A DNA stretch of 64,000 nucleotides from Waddliaceae bacterium (GTDB lineage Bacteria; Chlamydiota; Chlamydiia; Chlamydiales; Waddliaceae): NCBI GenBank assembly GCA_963724325.1, contig CAVRUH010000007.1, forward strand, positions 138,095-202,094. The letters are read 5' to 3'. This document shows, in pieces, positions 1 to 10,205 of this stretch (position 1 is the first letter of the stretch; each line of letters starts with the position of its first letter). Made by a program: the position numbers and the translations under genes. The notes under the pieces are model-generated. The model saw only the letters and a list, made by a program, of their open reading frames with translations, was not told where the DNA came from and did no database searches.

Positions 1-67
1 AAGACATGCCTATCCTTAAGCGATCTCTTAGGTATTATATTTAATTTCGGAGAAACTGTTGCAAACT

Positions 68-1858
68 TTATTTTTTTATCACACGCCGCCGTAAATTTTT
101 TCTTTGTATCACTAACCAAATCAGATATATTCCAAGAGCTGTCCCCCAAATAATCAGTCTAGGTACATTGAATATAGGGTAAGGCTTCTGAGCAGGAAAT
201 CCCCAGCGCTCTCCAGGCGGCCACAATATAAAACTTGGCGCCCCTTGCAAATTGTCTTCTGGAATAAACCCGAAAACTCTGCTGTCTGCACTGATAGCAT
301 GGTTATCTCCAAGAAGCAAATACTGCTTCTCAGGGACCTTCAACCCAAATGCACGAATAAAATCGACATCAAAATTACCATCTGTTTTGAGAGGCGCGCC
401 ACGATCCAAAAATCCAACGTACTGCTTATTTGATTCTTTCTCCTTTTCCTTATCAGTGAATTTTTGCAGCAATGGATCGCCCTTCTTCAAGAAAGGGGCC
501 CCCATCACATACAAATCACCATCTCGGTAATAAGCATATCGGTGTGGTAAATAAGTGACTTTTTGAGTATGCGGCACCATTGTCGGATGAAGTTCCATGC
601 AAATATTAAATAAAACCAAAACATTTTCTGGTGTGTGCAGATTCAAAGGATGATCTAGTGGTAGATCATGCAAAATACCCCCCCAACCTACTGAACTGCC
701 CTTTCCAAAATAGAACTCATAAGTTCCATCCGGAACTTTTGGAAATGGAAATCCCCGGATCCTACTCTTGTCCACCACAAATCGCGCAGTATACATATTT
801 TTCATCAACGCATCAAGCTGCTCTTGCTTCAGTGGTATCAAAGAAGGGGATGTAGGTACAGAAATATGACCATGCGACTCATACTGGACATCTTCTACCC
901 GTGGCAGGCGAGGGGAGTGATTCAATAGCAAATACAGGACCCCATCTTCCCCCAATTCTTTTTTCATTTCATCAGGCACTTCACTAGGCAATAAGAGCTT
1001 CGCCACCGCAAAGTTTCCAATTCCCCATATGTCAGAAAAAGTCTCAATCTTATCATGCTTTTTACCAGCCGCCGAAGGTTCATCTTGAATCCATTGCGAA
1101 CCATTATAGATCTCTCCCTTTCCCGAATTGATATCATAACGTGCCAAAGGTTGCTTTACCAATGCATACTCAATGATATTTCGCTTTAACCTGCCATCCA
1201 AATACATGAAAGGAATATTCTCAATTTTTTCCATCCACGGACCCGTGAGGAAGTCCATTAAAGGCTTGCCATCCCGGTCCACAGCATAGATCTTTCCACC
1301 ATAAAAATAGATACTGTCTCCAGGCTTCCCAGCCATCCTCTTAATATAACGTTTTGTATAGGGAAAAATCTTAAAGTAAGTCGTTATATCATCCGCCCCA
1401 GGAATATTCTCACCTGACCAAATCACAACCCCCGTATTTTGTACCAAATCGGGGTCAAAATAAAAATGCTCAGTCTTCAATGGTATATTCAGCCCAAATG
1501 CCGTTTTAGTAACTGTTAAATGATCCTGCTCCCGAAATGTCGGCCGCATCGATCCCGATGGAATTTCGTACAACTCAAACCACATCTGCCGCACCACAGT
1601 AGCAATCGCCAATGCAAATACTAAAGCAAAAACGATCTCAACAACATAATCCTTTAATGACTTCCCAAAATGCTTCTTAGCTATAGTCTCAAGCTCCCTT
1701 GCCAAACGATCCGCCTCAGGGCGATTCAAATCCACTATTGCCTGATCCAACTTCTCCATTTCAGCCTGAATTCCTTGAACATCCCCATTTTTCTGTACCC
1801 ACTTATAACACCCTTTCAAAATGTTTTTTGACTTTCGCAAGCTATATGTTTTGCTCAT
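68..1858 (-). CDS. lepB: Signal peptidase I (long chlamydial-type LepB)
   Basis: 596-aa ORF with Ser box IPSGSMRPTF and box E GDNHAISADSRVFGFIP. N-terminal TM segment. 4-nt overlap with the upstream ORF. Confidence 0.9.
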   Translation of the reverse strand: MSKTYSLRKSKNILKGCYKWVQKNGDVQGIQAEMEKLDQAIVDLNRPEADRLARELETIAKKHFGKSLKDYVVEIVFALVFALAIATVVRQMWFELYEIPSGSMRPTFREQDHLTVTKTAFGLNIPLKTEHFYFDPDLVQNTGVVIWSGENIPGADDITTYFKIFPYTKRYIKRMAGKPGDSIYFYGGKIYAVDRDGKPLMDFLTGPWMEKIENIPFMYLDGRLKRNIIEYALVKQPLARYDINSGKGEIYNGSQWIQDEPSAAGKKHDKIETFSDIWGIGNFAVAKLLLPSEVPDEMKKELGEDGVLYLLLNHSPRLPRVEDVQYESHGHISVPTSPSLIPLKQEQLDALMKNMYTARFVVDKSRIRGFPFPKVPDGTYEFYFGKGSSVGWGGILHDLPLDHPLNLHTPENVLVLFNICMELHPTMVPHTQKVTYLPHRYAYYRDGDLYVMGAPFLKKGDPLLQKFTDKEKEKESNKQYVGFLDRGAPLKTDGNFDVDFIRAFGLKVPEKQYLLLGDNHAISADSRVFGFIPEDNLQGAPSFILWPPGERWGFPAQKPYPIFNVPRLIIWGTALGIYLIWLVIQRKNLRRRVIKK

Positions 1859-2553
1859 TTTTCAACCTTCATTGGAGATTTTAAATTTCTGCCCGAATCC
1901 ACAGTTCTCACTCTTGCCTTTCCAATAAATCCTCGCACCTGCAACCAATAAGGGAAGTAGGAGGGATAGTTGGAACTAGCCTCAGGGAGATACACAGTAA
2001 TAGTTTTATCAGATAACTCAGACGAGTCCTTGGGCCAGTGTGCCTCGTATTCATTAAATGAAACTTGCGGTACTTCTTTGCCTTCAAAAATCAGTGCAGG
2101 CTGCCACACCTTGGAGATAATTCCCGATGTTCTCTTTCGATCCTTATATGCAACTTCATTCAGTTTTAAACTTAATAATTGCGACAAAAAGTTATTCGCT
2201 TGCGACATGTCATACCACGTTTCATTGGTATAGCTATAATATTGCATCATCTTCCCTGTTGAGGCATTGATCGTATACATCACCCAGCACGTATGACCCG
2301 GCGCCCTCCGCTCGACCCACTCTTTCCAACTCATGCCACCACTTTTTCTACTGCTTGGAACCGTAACTTCTTCCAAAGTAATCGTTTCGTCAGTCTTAGC
2401 CTTGATAATCATGACAGTATAATTTTGATTCTGCTGCGTCACCAAATAATCTCCAGCAACAGCATTTTTCAGATTGTCTTTCAGATAAACAAACGACCCC
2501 TCAGCAAATAGCATCAGCGGAAACAGGAAAAATATGAATAAAACCTTTTTCAT
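1855..2553 (-). CDS. Exported hypothetical protein, co-oriented with lepB
   Basis: 232-aa ORF with N-terminal signal-like MKKVLFIFFLFPLMLFA. Translationally coupled (ATGA) to lepB. No recognisable motif. Confidence 0.5.
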   Translation of the reverse strand: MKKVLFIFFLFPLMLFAEGSFVYLKDNLKNAVAGDYLVTQQNQNYTVMIIKAKTDETITLEEVTVPSSRKSGGMSWKEWVERRAPGHTCWVMYTINASTGKMMQYYSYTNETWYDMSQANNFLSQLLSLKLNEVAYKDRKRTSGIISKVWQPALIFEGKEVPQVSFNEYEAHWPKDSSELSDKTITVYLPEASSNYPSYFPYWLQVRGFIGKARVRTVDSGRNLKSPMKVEK

Positions 2554-2633
2554 AATGAGTAAATTATAGCCTGCAACAACTATTGTGACAAGAGAATCTT
2601 GAGTTTAAAGCCTAAGAATGTTATATATTTTAC

Positions 2634-4097
2634 ATGCCATCAACAGGAATATACAACCAGCCTCTAGCATTATTGACCGATCTTTATCAATTGACCATGT
2701 CCTATGGCTATTGGAAAAATGGGCTCGATAAAAAAGAAACAGTTTTTCAACTGTTTTTCCGTAAACAACCCTTTAAAGGTGGATTTACCGTTGCCGCAGG
2801 CCTCGAAATGGCCATAAAATTCATCGAAAACTTTAAATTCGAAGAGAGTGATTTCGCATATCTCGCAACACTTAAAGACTCCACCGGTCACAACCTATTT
2901 ACCCCTGATTTTTTTGACTACCTCCGTGATTTTAAATTCACCTGCGATATCGACGCCGTTCCTGAAGGTACTATCGTTTTTCCATACGAACCTCTTCTTC
3001 GAGTCACCGGACCTCTCATCCAATGCCAACTTCTCGAAACACCTCTGCTTAATCAAATTAATTTTCCCTCGCTCATTGCGACCAAAGCTGCTCGAGTCTG
3101 CCTTGCTGCCAAAGGAGACAGCGTCATGGAATTTGGCCTCCGCCGGGCTCAAGGGATCGACGGAGGCATGTCGGCCAGCCGCGCTGCCTATATTGGCGGC
3201 TGTTCATCCACCTCAAACGTCCTCGCCGGAAAACTCTTTAATATCCCCGTCGCCGGAACCCATTCACACAGCTGGGTCATGATATTCGAAAAAGAAGAAG
3301 AGGCTTTTAAAGCCTATGCTAAAGCCTACCCTACAAATAGCGTTTTTCTCGTCGATACATTCAACACCATAGAAGGTGTTAAAAAAGCAATACGCATTGG
3401 AGAATGGCTTCGCTCACAAGGGAATGAATTGGCCGGCATCAGACTTGATTCCGGAGACCTCGCTCAACTTTCTATCATCAGCCGCAAAATGCTTGACGAT
3501 GCTGGATTTAAAGATGCCAAAATCGTAGCCAGCAACGAACTCGATGAAACTATCATTAACGAATTAAAGCAACAAGGAGCTCAAATTTCGGTCTGGGGAG
3601 TAGGGACCAACCTTGTCACAGGTAAACATCAAGGCGCGCTCGATGGAGTATATAAGCTTTCAGCAGTACGTGATCCAGGTGAACCATGGCACTACAGACT
3701 TAAACTTTCTGAGCAAATGACAAAAATATCCGACCCTGGAATCCTTCAAATCCGCCGCTTCAAAACGGACAATGAAAACATCGCAGATGCCATCTACGAC
3801 ATACATTCTGATGTCTCCAATGGATGCGTCATCTATGATCCGTTAGATCATACTCGTGAAAAAAAATTGGGCAATGGAATGGAAAGCGTCGATCTTTTAG
3901 TACCCATCATGCGAAAAGGACAAACCGTATATAAATTTCCTAAACTTTCTGATGTGAGGCAGAATACCCAAAAGGAACTTAATCAATTTGCGCAGGGGAT
4001 AAAGCGATTTTTGAATCCCCATCTCTATTTTGCTGGAATTGAAAAGTCTCTTTATGAGAAAAAAGTTGAATTAATTAAGCATATACGGAAGTTATGA
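2634..4097 (+). CDS. pncB: Nicotinate phosphoribosyltransferase
   Basis: 487 aa. Motifs YQLTMSYGYWKNG and AGTHSHSWVM are typical of the PncB family. Coupled to the downstream nicotinamidase gene. Confidence 0.9.
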   Translation: MPSTGIYNQPLALLTDLYQLTMSYGYWKNGLDKKETVFQLFFRKQPFKGGFTVAAGLEMAIKFIENFKFEESDFAYLATLKDSTGHNLFTPDFFDYLRDFKFTCDIDAVPEGTIVFPYEPLLRVTGPLIQCQLLETPLLNQINFPSLIATKAARVCLAAKGDSVMEFGLRRAQGIDGGMSASRAAYIGGCSSTSNVLAGKLFNIPVAGTHSHSWVMIFEKEEEAFKAYAKAYPTNSVFLVDTFNTIEGVKKAIRIGEWLRSQGNELAGIRLDSGDLAQLSIISRKMLDDAGFKDAKIVASNELDETIINELKQQGAQISVWGVGTNLVTGKHQGALDGVYKLSAVRDPGEPWHYRLKLSEQMTKISDPGILQIRRFKTDNENIADAIYDIHSDVSNGCVIYDPLDHTREKKLGNGMESVDLLVPIMRKGQTVYKFPKLSDVRQNTQKELNQFAQGIKRFLNPHLYFAGIEKSLYEKKVELIKHIRKL

Positions 4098-4711
4098 AAG
4101 CATTATTAGTCGTGGATATTCAGAATGACTTTCTTCCTGGCGGAGCTTTGGGGGTCAATGGAGGCAATGAGATTATACCAATTGTTAACGCTCTTTTGGA
4201 AAAGCCCTTTGATCTTATTGTTGCATGTAAGGATTGGCATCCTTTGAATCATTGTAGTTTTGCGAAGACGCATAATAAAAGGGTAGGGGATCAGATTGAA
4301 CTTATGGGAAGAAAGCAGATACTCTGGCCGGTGCATTGTGTTCAGAATACCTTTGGAGCAGAATTTTCTTCAAAACTTGATTCTTCGAAAATTGAAAAAA
4401 CCTTTTTGAAGGGGACAGAGGCGCAAATTGACAGTTATGGGGCTTTTTTTGATAATGGCCATTTGCGTTCGACGGGACTTGATGATTATCTTAAGAGTAA
4501 AAAGATTACGGACCTTTACATAGCTGGATTGACAACGGATTATTGTGTGAAGTATACTGTGCTTGATGCGTGTAAACTGAAATATAATACTTACGTGATA
4601 CAGGATGGATGTCGTGCAGTCAACCTCAATCCTGGTGATGGGGTAAATGCTCTCGATTTAATGGCTCAGTCTGGTGCGCACATAATTAATTCGATAGAAT
4701 GTATATTTTAG
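4094..4711 (+). CDS. pncA: Nicotinamidase/pyrazinamidase (isochorismatase fold)
   Basis: 205 aa. Motifs LLVVDIQNDFLPGGALGV, KDWHP and GLTTDYCV (catalytic Cys context). ATGA overlap with pncB. Confidence 0.85.
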   Translation: MKALLVVDIQNDFLPGGALGVNGGNEIIPIVNALLEKPFDLIVACKDWHPLNHCSFAKTHNKRVGDQIELMGRKQILWPVHCVQNTFGAEFSSKLDSSKIEKTFLKGTEAQIDSYGAFFDNGHLRSTGLDDYLKSKKITDLYIAGLTTDYCVKYTVLDACKLKYNTYVIQDGCRAVNLNPGDGVNALDLMAQSGAHIINSIECIF

Positions 4712-4974
4712 CTGTGAAGGTTGTTCCTAATGCATCTAAAAGTGAGATTCTCGCCTGGGAAAATAATGAGCTTAAAATTCGTCTTCATGCAGTGCCTGAC
4801 AAGAATAAGGCTAATTTAGAGTTAATTAGACTGCTGTCGATCACCTTTAAGATACCTAAGTCGCAAATTCAAATAGTTTCTGGGAGTACATCACGTCATA
4901 AAAAGTTAATGTTGCCTGATTTTTCTCCATTGCAGCAGAAGATTCTTGTTGATTTTCAATTTCCGCAATGTTAG
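4699..4974 (+). CDS. DUF167/YggU-family small protein
   Basis: 91 aa. VKVVPNASKSEI...NKANLELIRLLS...IVSGSTSRHKKL matches the YggU (UPF0235) pattern. Confidence 0.7.
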   Translation: MYILAVKVVPNASKSEILAWENNELKIRLHAVPDKNKANLELIRLLSITFKIPKSQIQIVSGSTSRHKKLMLPDFSPLQQKILVDFQFPQC

Positions 4975-4996
4975 TCTATTTGCATATCCTTTAGGG

Positions 4997-5070
4997 GGGG
5001 CAATAGCTCAGTCGGTTAGAGCAGCGGACTCATAACCCGCGGGTCACTGGTTCAAGTCCAGTTTGCCCCA
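4997..5070 (+). tRNA. tRNA with CAU anticodon (Met; tRNA-Ile2/lysidine not excluded)
   Basis: Hand-folded cloverleaf. Acceptor GGGGCAA/TTGCCCC, D arm GCTC-AGTCGGTTA-GAGC, anticodon loop CTCATAA, T arm ACTGG-TTCAAGT-CCAGT, discriminator A. CCA is not encoded. One A-C mismatch closes the anticodon stem. Confidence 0.85.
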
Positions 5071-5685
5071 CATTTTTTTTACAGGACAAACTTATGACAC
5101 TCATAGAATCCAAAATGGAATTTGCCGAAAGGAACCATGCGGTACTTCTATCCCTAGAGGCTCAGATTGTAGCGCACTATCAAAAACGTCCTCGCCTTCA
5201 TGATCACAATGTGATTCGCGTTTTAGAGGCTCTCATAAAGCACTTTAGGGCTTTAGCGACAAATTTCCCATTGCCTCAGCATTCATTATCTGAATTCGAG
5301 GGTGAAATTTATCTTAGCATTCAATACAATCTAGAAAAATCGGAAGCCCTAACTCCGAATGATTCCTGTGTCCTTTTAAAGTTCCTCAAAAAATCTGTAG
5401 AGCTAAACAACAAGAGATCGGGCTCACAGGGTTACTTAAACTTCATCAGCCGCTTCATCGAAGTTGAAATAGAGGATTAGAAACCCGAGTCACTCACCTT
5501 ATTAACATTAAAATATGTGAGTTAGGCTTCCGCATTCCCTAAATGGTTATTTTCAAGAAAAACTTATTTGTTTTTACTCTTCAATAACACAATTGATTTT
5601 CAGTGACTTATCAGCTTTAAAGCATAATCTTCACGTGTTCAAGAAGAGCCTTCGTTCGCTTCGCTCACTACGGCCAGATGCGCCC
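5029..5685 (+). repeat. ~657-bp direct repeat, copy A (tRNA 3' part, 128-aa ORF and ~200 bp downstream)
   Basis: Aligns by eye with 13176-13833 with only scattered substitutions. Homology ends at GGCCAGATGCGCCC. Confidence 0.85.
5094..5480 (+). CDS. Conserved 128-aa hypothetical protein, copy 1 (tRNA-linked family)
   Basis: ORF starts 24 nt after the tRNA. A near-identical copy lies at 13241-13627, a truncated copy at 18414-18620 and relics at 15908-16171 and 29887-29913. Confidence 0.6.
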   Translation: MTLIESKMEFAERNHAVLLSLEAQIVAHYQKRPRLHDHNVIRVLEALIKHFRALATNFPLPQHSLSEFEGEIYLSIQYNLEKSEALTPNDSCVLLKFLKKSVELNNKRSGSQGYLNFISRFIEVEIED

Positions 5686-5941
5686 TCCCTTATTTTTTGC
5701 CTTAGCGAGCGCAGCGTGCGAAGGCATTTCTACACAAGAAGTCGAATTCACCAATTAGGCTCTTCGGGCAGACGACAACTGAGTAATTGATATTTTTGAA
5801 CCAAAACAATGCTCGAGAGGATATGAAAAAGACGAAACAAACACCAGCTATGATATCCTTATGAAATTAAGGAATGGATTCACTCGTAAAAATAAAATAT
5901 AAGATTACAGTAAAAAATATAAATTTAAAAAATAGGAGAAT

Positions 5942-6658
5942 TTACTCATTTGAATTTACTGCCTCAGTTTTTCCAAAGAATTGATTATATGCATCTTCGG
6001 AAACAAAAAACTGCTTCCAATATTTTTCGTTATAAAGATGGTCTTCGGAGGTTATGTTCTTACTCACTAGTTCTATTCCTGACTTATACGTGTTTTTACG
6101 GTTTTTAAGTTCGTTTTTGATTGCTGCAAGTTTAATGATCTTCTGAATAGAAATTTTTTCGATTTCATCAACAACAGATTTCCCTGAAATCTTTGAAAGT
6201 AAATCCGTTTGTTGGAAGTAAAAATTTCTATATTCTTTATGACCAGCGCTAATCGTTAAATTTAGATATACTAATGCCAAGAAAGGGTCTAGATTTTCAT
6301 TAGCATACATTTGAGACACTTCAAATAAAGCTGGGGGATATCCCAAAGAGGCAGCCATTTTAAACTGCTGATTTGCCGCTTTCCTGTTTATTGATGTCCC
6401 AGTTCCTGATAACGAACACTGACCTGCAATATACATAGCAATCTCATCGCCATCAAGAGCAGCATCAAGAACCTTGCTAAGTTCAAATGTATCAGAAGTT
6501 TGAACGCTTTGCAGAAACTCTTCTAAGCCTTTTTTTTCTGTATTAGATAGCTGGAAACCATCTGAAAGATCGCTTTTAGGTGATTCTGAAGAATGGACAG
6601 TTGACGATCCCAATGCCATTGCAAATACAGTCATTCCTATTGCTATAAGTTTAAACAT
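5942..6658 (-). CDS. Exported Sel1-like repeat protein
   Basis: Start chosen at MFKLIAIGMTVFAMALG, with AAGGAG upstream. GTGTSINRKAANQQFKMAASLGYPPALFEVSQMYAN resembles a Sel1/TPR repeat. Confidence 0.5.
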   Translation of the reverse strand: MFKLIAIGMTVFAMALGSSTVHSSESPKSDLSDGFQLSNTEKKGLEEFLQSVQTSDTFELSKVLDAALDGDEIAMYIAGQCSLSGTGTSINRKAANQQFKMAASLGYPPALFEVSQMYANENLDPFLALVYLNLTISAGHKEYRNFYFQQTDLLSKISGKSVVDEIEKISIQKIIKLAAIKNELKNRKNTYKSGIELVSKNITSEDHLYNEKYWKQFFVSEDAYNQFFGKTEAVNSNE

Positions 6659-7035
6659 ACAAGACACTCCTTTACAATTAGTTAGACTAGCATATACAAA
6701 TATCAACAAAACATCAAACTATTAAATCGTTTAATTGTTTGACTTTCTTGAATGATCATGCCAATCTTGTGGCATAAACTCAAAAAAAGGTGGGTCTTGG
6801 TTGTTACAAAGCGAAAAGTATCCGGAGGCAAGCGCCGTGATACAGGGAGAAAATGCCTAGATACATTTTTAAGTTTGAAGCAAACTTGCCTTAAGCTGCA
6901 TATTAATTTTATTACATTTCTTAAAGACAGGGTGTGTGAGCAAAACGAGATTCCTCGGCTTGCTGAAATCATTCGCGGGCGTTCTTCAAAATCCCAAAAA
7001 ACCACTGAGGCCACTTAGAACCAAACTAGGTCCAA

Positions 7036-7083
7036 TTCACAGACATAGGTAACACTTTGATTCACAAACATAGGTAACACTTT
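7036..7083 (+). repeat. Tandem 23-mer TTCACA(G/A)ACATAGGTAACACTTT x2: IS-end-like sequence
   Basis: Two adjacent copies 50-95 bp upstream of the truncated transposase start. The same 21-mer (ACAGACATAGGTTACACTTTT) recurs at 18611-18631 at the edge of another IS relic. Confidence 0.6.
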
Positions 7084-7131
7084 TCAAAATATGGTATAAT
7101 ACTCTCATCATTAACAATTTAGGGAGTATTT

Positions 7132-8148
7132 ATGCCTTGGGAGAACTTGAAAGTGGAAAATCTTAGGTTAAAACTGATTCAATCCTTCTTGAAGGGTGAA
7201 GAGACAATGACAGACTTATGTTTAGAGAATGGAATAAGTCGAAAAACTGGGTATAAATGGTTAGCGAGATATGAGAAATATGGGGCCACTGTGCTTATGG
7301 AATGCAATCAATTGGAAACTTGGCTTTTTGAATCACCAGAGCCTTCTGAAACAGCATCGACTAATGCAGCACACTGCATAAAATGTTGGCGTGATTATCT
7401 TGAAATTAAAGATGCTTACTATGGGGATTTTGAGGAGTTTGAGTTGCCTGAGCCGAAAGAGGGAGAAATTCTGCAAGATTATATCATGCGCATGGCAAGG
7501 TTGGTTGAAGAGGAAGGAAAAGGGTCTAGACTTGAGTGGCGTGCGCTCAAATCCTTTTTGGGTTACATGCGAAATTTGGCTCATGAAGAAATTGCTTTCA
7601 TCGAGCAAATCTTTCCTTTTAAAATGAATATCCACGATTCAAGGATTATTCGACTGATTGAGCCGGAGGTTTACCCGATCTCACAGGCAATTGCCGCGGA
7701 CATTCTCAAGGAACTGGCCAGGATGTGTAAATATGGAAGGCCGAATGCTAAGCATGGGGCTGCTGAAGCACTTGGGTTGTGCTGGTTGTGTTTATCAGCA
7801 TCGCGCATGCGATTGCCTATCACTCTCACTGATATTCATGGCACGAAAAAAACGTCAGTTTTTGCCGATGAAAAATGTGCTAAATTGCTGGTACCAACTA
7901 TCTTTGGAAATAGGTCTCTAAGAATCTCGCGACGACTGGCAAAATACCTGTCAGCGCTTGCTGGGATTTCATCAATAGATCCAAGAAAAACTATTCTGCA
8001 GAGGCCTAAGAGGTCATTAATGAGAGTATTGGATAGAGCTATTGAAAATCTTAGACTCGATCCAAAATTAGGAAATATAACTTTTGTAACCTTAATTTCT
8101 TCGCCCGACATCTCGGGTGGCGATCATCGTTATGTCCGTAATTCTTAA
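7132..8148 (+). pseudogene. Chimeric ORF: IS481-type transposase HTH N-terminus (~60 aa) fused to an unrelated ~280-aa region
   Basis: MPWENLKVENLRLKLIQSFLKGEETMTDLCLENGISRKTGYKWLARYEKYG is the typical N-terminus of IS481-family transposases, but no DDE core follows. The C-terminal part has only faint tyrosine-recombinase-like spacing (SASRMR...LLVPT...ITFVTL) and lacks HxxR. Confidence 0.4.
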
Positions 8149-8242
8149 TAGATAAAAAGTGTCCATCGCTGTGCCGACGTGATTCGATCCATTTCATTTA
8201 CAATGAGCGCAATTCCGAAATTAACAACATCAGGAGGCGCCA

Positions 8243-8448
8243 ATGAGCGATTATCAGTATTTGGATATAAATCAAATTGTAGAGGGTGGCAATACCCCTT
8301 TTCATTAGGGCAATTACGTCACTACCTAATTATGCGGCACAAAAATAATCTTGAGATTGCAGTCCGAAAGATTGGAAAGCGGCTGTATTTGCGTAAGGAT
8401 CTTTTTGAACAATGGATAGAAGATCAAAAGGAGAGGAAAAATGGATAA
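8243..8448 (+). pseudogene. AlpA/Xis-type HTH (excisionase-like) gene, frameshifted
   Basis: AGGAGG plus ATG at 8243 gives MSDYQYLDINQIVEGGNTPFH then a stop. The +1 frame continues LGQLRHYLIMRHKNNLEIAVRKIGKRLYLRKDLFEQWIEDQ, the HTH_17/excisionase pattern. Confidence 0.5.
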
Positions 8449-8819
8449 TTTTCTCCTCGATGAAAAAGGTGTTTGGTTTGCGCCACCCACACATTCCCTT
8501 GGTAGATCATCACGGAAGCAAGGGAACCCTGCAAGATTGGCAACAATATATTGCCAAATTTTGTGTGGACAATTCGCGACTTGGCTTTTGTGTAAGTGTG
8601 GGGTTTACTTCACCCCTTCTTTATTTGTTAGGGGAAGAAAATGGAGGTTTTAACCTTCGAGGACCGAGCAGCGGAGGCAAAACAACTGCGCTAAAAGTTG
8701 GTCTCTCAACTTATGGAAGTGAAAAGATGCTCCATTCGTGGCGAGCTACATCAAACGGTCTTGAATCAATTGCGGCCCTTCACAATGATTGTCTCCAAGG
8801 AGTTGCAAGTCTTACTTAG
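8412..8819 (+). pseudogene. DUF927-type island primase/helicase, truncated fragment
   Basis: NSRLGFCVSVGFTSPLLYLLGEENGGFNLRGPSSGGKTTALKVGLSTYGSEKMLHSWRATSNGLESIAALHNDC matches the Walker-A region of DUF927 proteins. The ORF ends directly afterwards. Confidence 0.55.
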
Positions 8820-9183
8820 GAAAAATGGATATTCTGATGCAAAGGAAATATCAGCCAAACTCATTGAGCTCTATTCCCGACAGAATCAACGCTTGGAAGA
8901 GGACATTCAAAAGCTAATTAAGCAAAAGCTTACGAATGACACATCAAATAAACTCACCTTCATGCTTGGTTTGATCCCTACAGTGGATAACACAGACAAA
9001 GTCCTGAAATATGAGCGCTCCCTACAAAAATCGATTTTCCAGAACCTCCTTATGTTGAAAAAACTGCAAGGGGCTTTCTAGAAATGGGTCTGTTTTGGAA
9101 AAATGCAAAGTTAAAAAAACTGTCCTATGACTATGGCGACCTTCTCTAAGTGTATGGGGCAATGTCACTTGCAATTAGGAGGA

Positions 9184-10191
9184 TCAGAAGGTGCCATAGA
9201 GGTAGTTCCAATATGCCGTGAATATTTCAGACTGTTCTGAGGTCAGAGGCTCAACAATAATAAAGCTTTCATCACTGCGTGTAAATGAAGATTGTGACCA
9301 GTTTGCCGAACCATTAACCAAAATACTGTTATCGATGCACATAAGCTTATTATGCATGAAGCTTAATTTTGGGTTGACCTTAACCTCTATCCCTGCCGCC
9401 ATTAGCTTTGGTAGATTTCCACCAAAATCAGGTGCTACCACCTGTACTTTTATTCCTCGTTGGTGGGCTTTAATTACTGCATTTGCAAGATCATTGTTGG
9501 TCCAAACCATCATGGCAATATGGATGCTTGTATTCGCTTGATCGATTTTTTCAATGAGAAATTGTTTAGATTGCTCGTTGATTGACTTTTCTACTTTTTT
9601 TTGTGGAAACCCATCATGAGGCAGAAGACAAAAATAGATGTCTTGACTGAGTAGAGAAATAAGTAATGGTCCATGTTCGGTTCGGTGAGCACTTAAGCGA
9701 AATATATCTGCTTCGTGATGAAGATATTGCGCTAACTCAGTTGAATTAAATCTTACCATTAAATTTTCTTGGGTTTGATATGCAGATGTTGTAAAGTTTG
9801 CGGATCCAATCCAAATTTCACTTTCATCTACAACCAGTATCTTGTGATGAAGATGACCTTCTCCTGTCGTCCTCGTCACAATTTCAATATTTGGCAGCTT
9901 TTTGCTTGCAATTTCACCTAAATGGTCTCTATCGATCACGACTGTGACTTTTAATCCCTCGTTTGCTTTCTGATTGAGTGCTGCGATAATTTCGGGATCA
10001 GATAGGCTGAATGTAATAATCAGAATTGATTTTTCAGCGTGAAGAATGCTTTCCTTTATCGAAACGCTTAAGTGTTTACGGTCTTGGGTATGATATAGCT
10101 GTGCGTCAGCTGCTACTGTAGCTTCAAGGCTGCCTACGCAAAATACCATAGCTGCTAATAGACTGAAAATTGATAATTTAAATTTTAACAT
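9184..10191 (-). CDS. Secreted phospholipase D-family protein (two HKD motifs)
   Basis: 335 aa with a signal peptide. HKD motifs HHKILVVDESEIWIGSANFT and HNKLMCIDNSILVNGSANWS. Confidence 0.85.
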   Translation of the reverse strand: MLKFKLSIFSLLAAMVFCVGSLEATVAADAQLYHTQDRKHLSVSIKESILHAEKSILIITFSLSDPEIIAALNQKANEGLKVTVVIDRDHLGEIASKKLPNIEIVTRTTGEGHLHHKILVVDESEIWIGSANFTTSAYQTQENLMVRFNSTELAQYLHHEADIFRLSAHRTEHGPLLISLLSQDIYFCLLPHDGFPQKKVEKSINEQSKQFLIEKIDQANTSIHIAMMVWTNNDLANAVIKAHQRGIKVQVVAPDFGGNLPKLMAAGIEVKVNPKLSFMHNKLMCIDNSILVNGSANWSQSSFTRSDESFIIVEPLTSEQSEIFTAYWNYLYGTF

Positions 10192-10205
10192 GGTTAACCT
10201 TCCTT

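Noticed and set aside
4997-5070. Assigning the CAU tRNA firmly to initiator, elongator Met or Ile2
   Set aside because: It lacks the initiator hallmarks: there is a 1:72 pair and no three consecutive G-C pairs in the anticodon stem. Sequence alone cannot separate elongator Met from lysidine-modified Ile2, so it is called tRNA-Met(CAU) with that caveat.
6703-7018. Mutually antisense ORFs 6703-7014 (-) and 6752-7018 (+)
   Set aside because: They overlap each other completely, have no RBS or motif, and show biased, low-complexity translations. They are probably noncoding DNA next to an IS end.
8698-9081. ORF 8698-9081 as an intact gene
   Set aside because: Its 5' part overlaps the DUF927 fragment in another frame. 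Only the C-terminal ~80 aa look protein-like (…KYERSLQKSIFQNLLMLKKLQ), and I could not assign a family. It is probably another fragment of the decayed island backbone.
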